Assembly: GCA_964494105.1 (NCBI GenBank)
Contig: CAZBQI010000004.1
Location: 15,810 to 79,809 of the forward strand
Length of the DNA: 64,000 nt
Direction of reading: 5' to 3'
Source of the DNA: an uncultured Candidatus Saccharibacteria bacterium
GTDB lineage: Bacteria > Patescibacteriota > Saccharimonadia > CAZBQI01
Shown here: positions 58,290 through 64,000 of the stretch, in pieces
Numbering within the stretch: position 1 is the first letter of the stretch
Layout: every line of letters begins with the position of its first letter
Notes under the pieces: model-generated
Told to the model about the DNA's origin: nothing
Databases searched by the model: none
What the model saw: only the letters and a program-made list of their open reading frames with translations
Program-made: the position numbers and the translations under genes

Positions 58290-61200
58290 ATGGGTGGCTT
58301 AATCACAATAATCATTTTCTTTCTTGTTTTAGCATCAGCTTTTTTGGTAGTGGGGTTTTTCGTCTGGCGCAATATACTGCGTTTTGCAAAAGGGGTAGAG
58401 CGAGGAATAAAAATGGTTCCACTCTTAATTCATCTGCCTCCACCAAGCGATGATGTTGAGGTTGGCACAAGAGATGTGCGTGATGTTATACAAGAGAAAA
58501 TATCACAAGCGGAGGTTTTGTATAATCTTATAGCGGGAACTGCGAAAAAAGGCTTTAAAAGCCGTTTCTATGGTCAGCGTCATATCTCGTTTGAAATTGT
58601 CGCAACGGGCGGGGTAATACGCTTCTATGTAGCAGTCCCGGTCGCCCTTGAGTCAGTAGTAAATCAGGCCGTGTTAACTGCATACCCGGGTGCCCAATTA
58701 GAACAGGTAGAAGATCATAATATCTTTAGTCCAACAGGCAAGATTAGTGGCACAATAGGTGGCGAGATTGTGCTTAAGCACGACTACTCGTATCCGATAG
58801 CGACATTTACAGAGCTAAAGCGGGATGCAATGCAAGCTATGATTACTGCGCTAACTTCGCTGGGTCAGGGTGATGGAGCTGCTATTCAAATACTGATTAG
58901 GCCGGCCTTTAGCGGATGGACAAAAGCCAGTGAATCTTTAGTCGAAAAAAAGAAGAAGCATAAAGGCAAAAAAGGCAGCGTTTTACAGTGGAAAGGATTA
59001 GCTGAGGCGTTATGGAAGCCACCGGAAGTAAATGAAAAATCCCATGAAGAAAAACCACTTGGCTCGCTTGAACAATCTGTAGTAGAGGCAATTGAGCAGA
59101 AGACTAAGCACCCTGGATATGAAACAATGATTCGAATAGTCGCGTCATCTTCTACGGCCGCACAGTCTCAGGCGATTCAGCGAAATATTGCGTCTGCCTT
59201 CTCGTTGTTTGACTCACCTGGCCTGAACGGATTTAAATTTGAAGAAGCCAAAGATATCGAAAGTTTTGTTACTGCGTTCATTTTTCGATTCTTCCCGCCT
59301 GAGGCACGATCGTCAATATTAAATAGTATTGAACTGGCGACATTATTACACTTACCGGATGACCAATTCACACATACATCACAATTGCAGAGGCAGTACT
59401 CCAAACAGGTAGATGGTCCGAGTAATCTCCCCGACAAAGGTAGCTTAATCGGATGGAATAGTTACAGGGGCGTAAAAAAAGAGATTCGTTTGACTGAGGA
59501 TGATCGGCGTCGTCACCTTTATATCCTGGGTCAGACTGGTACGGGTAAATCAACCGTTCTAACTAATCTAATCTATCAGGACATGCTCGAGGGTAAAGGC
59601 TTGGCATTTATTGATCCTCACGGGGATGAGGCCGAGAAGTTAATGAGTATGATTCCTAAAGAGCGCACTGAAGATGTTATCTATTTTAACCCAGGGGATA
59701 TGCAATTTCCCTTAGGTTTAAACATGTTCGAGTATGACTTACCAGAGCAAAAAGACTTCCTTATTCAGGAAGCAATCAATATGTTATATCGCCTATATGA
59801 CCCTCAACACCAAGGGATTATTGGTCCTCGGTATGAGCATTGGTTTAGAAACGCAGCACTTACCCTGATGAGCGATCCCGCCGGCGCAACGTTTATTGAG
59901 ATTCCAAAAATATTTACCGATAAGCAGTATCAGCGTGACAAGATGAAATTCGTAACTGATCCGACTGTCCTGGACTTCTGGAACAAAGAAATGGCCCAAA
60001 CGAGCGATTATCACAAGAGCGAAATTCTTGGTTGGTTTGTATCCAAATTCGGCGCCTTTATGTCGAATGAAATGATGCGAAATATCATTGGTCAAACGAA
60101 AAGCTCGCTTGATCTGAGAGATATCATGGATAGCGGAAAAATACTGATAGTTAACTTAAGCAAAGGTAGGGTTGGGGAGCTCAACTCGATGTTGCTCGGA
60201 ATGATCTTTGTCATGAAGTTTGGTGCGGCCGCAATGAGTAGAGCTAATGTACCGGAAGCGGAACGAAAAGACTTCACACTCTACGTAGACGAATTCCAAA
60301 ACTTCTCAACTGATACTTTTGCAGATATATTATCTGAGGCACGTAAGTACCGACTAAGCTTAGTGGTTGCGAATCAGTTTATTGGCCAGCTCAGTGAGGA
60401 AATTCGAGATGCGGTTTTTGGAAACGTCGGTACTATGATGATTTCGCGCTGTGGTGCCAGCGACGCAGATTTCTTGGTTAAGCAATTTTCTCCAACTTTC
60501 GATACCCGTGATCTAGTGAACTTACCGAACGGGGAGTGGGTAACTCGTCTGTTGATTGGTGGTCTGCCCAGTCAGCCATTCACACTAAGAGGCATTCCGC
60601 CCGTTCAGGTTTCGAACCCAAAGCTTGGTATCGCATTAAAGCAGTTGTCGGCAGCAAAATATGGCCGACCACAAGCACAAGTTCAGGCTGAAATATTTAA
60701 GCGACTTGAAACAAAGCCCGCTCCGTCACCTTTTGGTCAGCCACCAAATATTGGGGCACAAAATCGGACGATGCCCAACGCGATGGCCAGCAGGCCTCAA
60801 TTGCCAGCTAGGCCTCCCCAATTAACGACAGGATCCGGCGGCCTACCCACGGCCACACCCACTCAGAGCGGATCATCATTTCTTGATGAGTGGCTAGCGA
60901 AAAGGCGCCAGACTACCCCCGGAGCGCCACAACAAGGCGCATTAGGGGTGCCTAGAGTGCCTCAACCCATGCCGGGTAATTCACTTCCTGCTGCTCAGGC
61001 GGCGCCTTCTCCTTTCCAGGCACCACCGCTACCGGTGAAACCTATAAATCCCCAAATAGCACCTAATCCAGCAATAAAGGGCCAGTCAAGTGAACAAACC
61101 AATGTAAATGCTAAGGCTGTTGTTGAGGAGGTGGGCGCACATAAATTACTCGATCCCCACCAGGAAAGTCGCATTCGAACAAAGCCAACTAGCCTAAAGA

Positions 61201-61712
61201 CAGTCGATGGCAGTCAAAAAGTAGCCGGAAAGCCTTCTGCGTCAGTTTTGCCCAAGCAACAAAAAGGTATACATACGCCTCGTCCTGGCGAGAGCATACT
61301 CCCTGATAAGAGCATTGATTATGAAGAGAGCTCATCAGCCATTCCAAGTAAAAATGTAGATTTAGAACAAGCTCATCACGAACTACCTAAAATAATTAAA
61401 GAGTCGTCAAAGAGATTTGAATATCAAAATACTGCAGGCGATAACGGTGGTGATTCCCAGGCTACCGTCGAAGAGATCGTGCCTGGCAAATCGAGTACTA
61501 ACCTAAATCAAGAAATCAACCGAAAGGTAGTAGATTTAAAAAAGGAAAGTGCAAAGGCTGCCAAATTATCCGAAGCCAATAGTAGGAAGGAAAAGAAAAT
61601 AAGCTCGGCTTCCGAAGGTAAGTCGAATATCCCACATCTTATGCCAGGTGAAATCTATATTGACGAGGATGGCATTATTCACCAGGCAACAGAGCAGATA
61701 AGGAAGAGCTAG
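58290..61712 (+). CDS. Membrane-anchored FtsK/HerA/VirD4-superfamily P-loop ATPase (type IV coupling-protein-like) with a ~450-aa Pro/Gln/Ala-rich disordered C-terminal tail
   Basis: N-terminal TM helix, Walker A (ILGQTGTGKST), Walker B-like VDEFQNF, and a TraG/TraD C-terminal-like motif (VVANQFIGQL). Residues ~700-1140 are low-complexity. Confidence 0.65.
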   Translation: MGGLITIIIFFLVLASAFLVVGFFVWRNILRFAKGVERGIKMVPLLIHLPPPSDDVEVGTRDVRDVIQEKISQAEVLYNLIAGTAKKGFKSRFYGQRHISFEIVATGGVIRFYVAVPVALESVVNQAVLTAYPGAQLEQVEDHNIFSPTGKISGTIGGEIVLKHDYSYPIATFTELKRDAMQAMITALTSLGQGDGAAIQILIRPAFSGWTKASESLVEKKKKHKGKKGSVLQWKGLAEALWKPPEVNEKSHEEKPLGSLEQSVVEAIEQKTKHPGYETMIRIVASSSTAAQSQAIQRNIASAFSLFDSPGLNGFKFEEAKDIESFVTAFIFRFFPPEARSSILNSIELATLLHLPDDQFTHTSQLQRQYSKQVDGPSNLPDKGSLIGWNSYRGVKKEIRLTEDDRRRHLYILGQTGTGKSTVLTNLIYQDMLEGKGLAFIDPHGDEAEKLMSMIPKERTEDVIYFNPGDMQFPLGLNMFEYDLPEQKDFLIQEAINMLYRLYDPQHQGIIGPRYEHWFRNAALTLMSDPAGATFIEIPKIFTDKQYQRDKMKFVTDPTVLDFWNKEMAQTSDYHKSEILGWFVSKFGAFMSNEMMRNIIGQTKSSLDLRDIMDSGKILIVNLSKGRVGELNSMLLGMIFVMKFGAAAMSRANVPEAERKDFTLYVDEFQNFSTDTFADILSEARKYRLSLVVANQFIGQLSEEIRDAVFGNVGTMMISRCGASDADFLVKQFSPTFDTRDLVNLPNGEWVTRLLIGGLPSQPFTLRGIPPVQVSNPKLGIALKQLSAAKYGRPQAQVQAEIFKRLETKPAPSPFGQPPNIGAQNRTMPNAMASRPQLPARPPQLTTGSGGLPTATPTQSGSSFLDEWLAKRRQTTPGAPQQGALGVPRVPQPMPGNSLPAAQAAPSPFQAPPLPVKPINPQIAPNPAIKGQSSEQTNVNAKAVVEEVGAHKLLDPHQESRIRTKPTSLKTVDGSQKVAGKPSASVLPKQQKGIHTPRPGESILPDKSIDYEESSSAIPSKNVDLEQAHHELPKIIKESSKRFEYQNTAGDNGGDSQATVEEIVPGKSSTNLNQEINRKVVDLKKESAKAAKLSEANSRKEKKISSASEGKSNIPHLMPGEIYIDEDGIIHQATEQIRKS

Positions 61713-61716
61713 GGTT

Positions 61717-62325
61717 CTAGCGAGCAACTAACTTGCGGGCAATAAATCCGGCGAATTCCCACACCAAACCGATAACTGCACCGATAACTGCACATACTAG
61801 AAATTCACTGCCTGAAAGATCGAATCCGTAAAAGCGAGCAAAGCCATAGAAAATGGCACCACCGATTAGTGCGCCCAGGGCAGCACCAAGGGTGACAGAT
61901 GGCCGAAATAGCGTTTTAGCTGAAATGTCACTGACTTTTTCGATAACAGGCTGATGAATTACCTTACTAAATACTCGGTCAGTTGGCTTTAGCTTTGCCT
62001 GGGTGTGTTTCATGGTTTGCTTGAAAGCTAGTTTTTTTTGCCTACCTTTGGTCGCCGGACTAAAGGTGTGCTGTTCCTTCTCGGCGCTATTGTGGTGTTT
62101 ATTCTCTTGGTGTTGAGCATAACGTTCTACTTGCTCCCGTGCTTCTTTAAGCTGTTCAGGTTGCTTATTTGCCTCACGCTCACCTTCTTTCTCTAACGAC
62201 TTAATTCGATCGCGTCCTTCTGGAGATTGAGTTGTTTCTTTGGGTTTAAATGATTCGTTATGTTGTGCCGGCAGTTTTTCACTCATCTTAGGCTCCTCCT
62301 GTATATTCGCGCTTAATAATGCCAA
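61717..62325 (-). CDS. Hypothetical protein with a Lys/Glu-rich N-half and two C-terminal TM helices
   Basis: ORF only. Overlaps the upstream LPXTG-protein gene by 38 nt. Confidence 0.35.
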   Translation of the reverse strand: MALLSANIQEEPKMSEKLPAQHNESFKPKETTQSPEGRDRIKSLEKEGEREANKQPEQLKEAREQVERYAQHQENKHHNSAEKEQHTFSPATKGRQKKLAFKQTMKHTQAKLKPTDRVFSKVIHQPVIEKVSDISAKTLFRPSVTLGAALGALIGGAIFYGFARFYGFDLSGSEFLVCAVIGAVIGLVWEFAGFIARKLVAR

Positions 62326-63583
62326 TTTCCTTAACTAACTGGCGGTTGCGCAAGAAAAAGTAAGATACTAATATTACGAAACCAGTTGTCAGTGCAATAT
62401 TCATACTAACCCCCGTATTTGGTAGTTCCGCTGAAGTTTCTTCGATAACCTTTGGAACGGGCTTATTTATGCAGACTTTTGTTCGTGATTCACCATAAGC
62501 ATTTTCTAAGCAGCCATCAAACGAGAACGGCATAGATGAGGATGCCGGGGTAGTTGGCATAGGGTTCTTTATGTTTACCTTAAAGGTTTTTGCGACAGTT
62601 TCGCCTTGCTTGACGCTTATTGCAGGCCAGGTAATTTCGTTGCCTGTTAACTTGCCCCCAGATAAGTCGCTGATATCGGCGTACTCTAAAATATCTGTGA
62701 CGTTCTCTTTCACTATGAAGTTGCGTATTACAACGTTACTTGGGTTCCTTACGAACAGTGTGTATTGAAGTGTTTCACCTGCTTGAACTGTTGAATTATT
62801 TGCCTCTAAATATAGGGGATCATCCTTGGCTTTACTTAGGTTAGCTACTTTCTTAGATAGAATGATACATTCCGGTCCACCCGAGCCTGTGCCGTCACAC
62901 ACCGGGGGCGGGGGCGTAGTCGTAGGTGGAGGAGTGGGCGGAGGAGTGGGCGGAGGCGGTGTATTTGTGCATGACTTATTGCCCCCAAGTCGGTAGTTGG
63001 CTAGAGCGTCTTGTGGCCATTGGTAGTTTGCATCGCCGTATATGGATTTAGCCCGTAGTTGACCAAGTAAATCAACTTGCCAATAGCAATCCGGCAGACC
63101 TACAGAAATCTTGTGCCTGCCAGGACCATACATCCCGCCGGCAGAGCCAAAAAACTTTTGTGCCGACAAGGGCTGTCCCGAGGCATTGGGCAGTTTCCAT
63201 ACGGCCAATGTGACGGGCTTACTGCAGTTAGGATGATTAGTAACAACTACTGTTGCCGACGCAGTGGTGCCGGTGGCATTGACCTTAATGCCGTTGTTTC
63301 CGGGTCCGTTAACGATTGAAATTTCACATCCAGGAGTAGATGCGCTTTCAGGATCAAGCTGATTTGACTGAGTTGCGTTCGTGCGTTCAGCCGGAACGAT
63401 AATTGAAAAGAACTGTAAACCCATTGCTAGGACTGCAAATACTACTACTAGTTTTCTGGTGGCATTTTCTCGACTTAGTCGTTTGCCATAAAAACTCAGT
63501 TGGTTTAGTAACTGAGGACTAAAAGGCAGATTAGATACTATCTTTCGAAACATTTTTATTTGTACTTGTTTATGCTTTTTCAT
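62288..63583 (-). CDS. LPXTG-motif cell-wall-anchored surface protein (sortase substrate) with a Pro/Thr-rich linker
   Basis: N-terminal signal/TM segment, a TPPPPTPPPTPPPTTTPPPP linker, and a C-terminal LPNTG followed by a hydrophobic helix and a basic tail (RNRQ). Confidence 0.7.
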   Translation of the reverse strand: MKKHKQVQIKMFRKIVSNLPFSPQLLNQLSFYGKRLSRENATRKLVVVFAVLAMGLQFFSIIVPAERTNATQSNQLDPESASTPGCEISIVNGPGNNGIKVNATGTTASATVVVTNHPNCSKPVTLAVWKLPNASGQPLSAQKFFGSAGGMYGPGRHKISVGLPDCYWQVDLLGQLRAKSIYGDANYQWPQDALANYRLGGNKSCTNTPPPPTPPPTPPPTTTPPPPVCDGTGSGGPECIILSKKVANLSKAKDDPLYLEANNSTVQAGETLQYTLFVRNPSNVVIRNFIVKENVTDILEYADISDLSGGKLTGNEITWPAISVKQGETVAKTFKVNIKNPMPTTPASSSMPFSFDGCLENAYGESRTKVCINKPVPKVIEETSAELPNTGVSMNIALTTGFVILVSYFFLRNRQLVKEIGIIKREYTGGA

Positions 63584-63675
63584 TTAAGCACAAACGCTAT
63601 GGTAAGACAATAGTTGCGTGTCTGTCGTCAAGCTTGGTATAATAAGTGTAGATTTGAGAGGTGAAAGAGAAACCT

Positions 63676-64000
63676 ATGGCAAAAAAAGATCAGTATAGCG
63701 CTGGTCAAATTCAAGTATTAGAGGGCCTCGAACCGGTACGCAAGCGGCCAGGTATGTATATTGGTGGCACGGGAATTGATGGTCTTCACCACTTAATCTG
63801 GGAAGTCGTAGACAACGGTATTGATGAGGCGCTCGCAGGTCACGCAACTGCCGTAACTGTGGTACTTCAGGCAGATGGCGGTGTGTCAGTTGAAGACAAT
63901 GGGCGAGGAATACCAGTTGATAAAGTTAGTAAAACCGGCAAAAGTGGTTTAGAGACCGTATTAACTGTTTTGCACGCGGGTGGTAAGTTTGGCGGAGCTG
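63676..64000 (+). CDS. gyrB: DNA gyrase subunit B, N-terminal part; continues beyond the window
   Basis: [33 protein letters not shown]...[16 protein letters not shown] is the GyrB GHKL ATPase N-terminus. TGGTATAAT lies at about 63635. The frame is open to the window end. Confidence 0.9.
   Translation, partial: MAKKDQYSAGQIQVLEGLEPVRKRPGMYIGGTGIDGLHHLIWEVVDNGIDEALAGHATAVTVVLQADGGVSVEDNGRGIPVDKVSKTGKSGLETVLTVLHAGGKFGGA

Noticed and set aside
1-64000. CRISPR array or cas genes
   Set aside because: No regularly spaced direct repeats of 25-40 nt were found. The only multi-copy short elements are the tRNA-Pro fragments (two copies) and the tmRNA 3'-end duplicate.
1-64000. Alternative genetic code (UGA reassignment, as in some candidate phyla)
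   Set aside because: TGA terminates clearly conserved genes such as otsA and pip, with sensible lengths. All housekeeping ORFs are intact under code 11.

Overview
The window is a compact, gene-dense bacterial chromosomal segment with short intergenic regions and standard code 11. TGA is used as a stop (for example at otsA and pip). Composition is roughly 45% GC.

From gene content I infer a small-genome, Gram-positive-type bacterium, possibly a Patescibacteria/CPR-like lineage, but this is not certain. The evidence is an LPXTG sortase substrate, MurT/GatD, PilB, collagen-like fibre proteins, and many small membrane proteins.

Most of the window is housekeeping:
- Metabolism: purD (3' end), otsA-otsB, an aminotransferase, carA-carB, proline iminopeptidase, glmS, two SDR oxidoreductases.
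- Translation and RNA: thrS, miaA, argS, trpS, pheS-pheT, rnhA, infC-rpmI-rplT, rpmB, rplY, smpB.
- DNA and other: nrdR, comM, pilB, a UvrD-like helicase-nuclease, rmuC, a ClpC-like ATPase, an MFS transporter, the gyrB start, and a small envelope polysaccharide module (GT2 synthase plus WecA/MraY-like transferase).

RNA genes found by eye:
- tRNA-Asp(GTC), minus strand.
- tRNA-Thr(CGT) and tRNA-Gly(CCC), plus strand, abutting with zero spacer.
- tRNA-Val(GAC), minus strand.
- Two tRNA-Pro genes: GGG at 27057-27132 and CGG at 46957-47032.
- tmRNA (ssrA) at 35119-35523.
- RNase P RNA (rnpB), minus strand, at about 28824-29187.

The most unusual structure is a paralogous module present twice, about 20 kb apart. 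Each copy has a small (~88 aa) GIY-YIG nuclease gene beside a tRNA-Pro gene. Each also has a ~73-nt pseudo-copy of the tRNA-Pro 5' region (acceptor and D-arm), in which the D-loop carries a conserved ~51-nt two-hairpin insert. The second hairpin shows base-pair-preserving substitutions between the two copies. This looks like a tRNA-Pro-targeting selfish or homing element, or an associated structured RNA.

Other points worth a second look:
- A 21-nt direct repeat of the tmRNA 3' end lies 170 nt downstream of ssrA, a possible integration scar.
- An alkyltransferase-like (ATL) protein has PWQRV replacing the PCHRV active site and is translationally coupled to thrS.
- A secreted collagen-repeat / tail-fibre-like protein carries a C-terminal S74-type intramolecular chaperone domain.
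- A membrane-anchored VirD4/TraG-like ATPase has a ~450-aa disordered tail and sits next to an LPXTG protein.
- A membrane-anchored double-AAA+ Clp-like ATPase has an unusual N-terminal anchor.
- Two candidate structured noncoding regions lie at 26257-26560 and 53540-53806.

No CRISPR array, integrase or transposase was seen.
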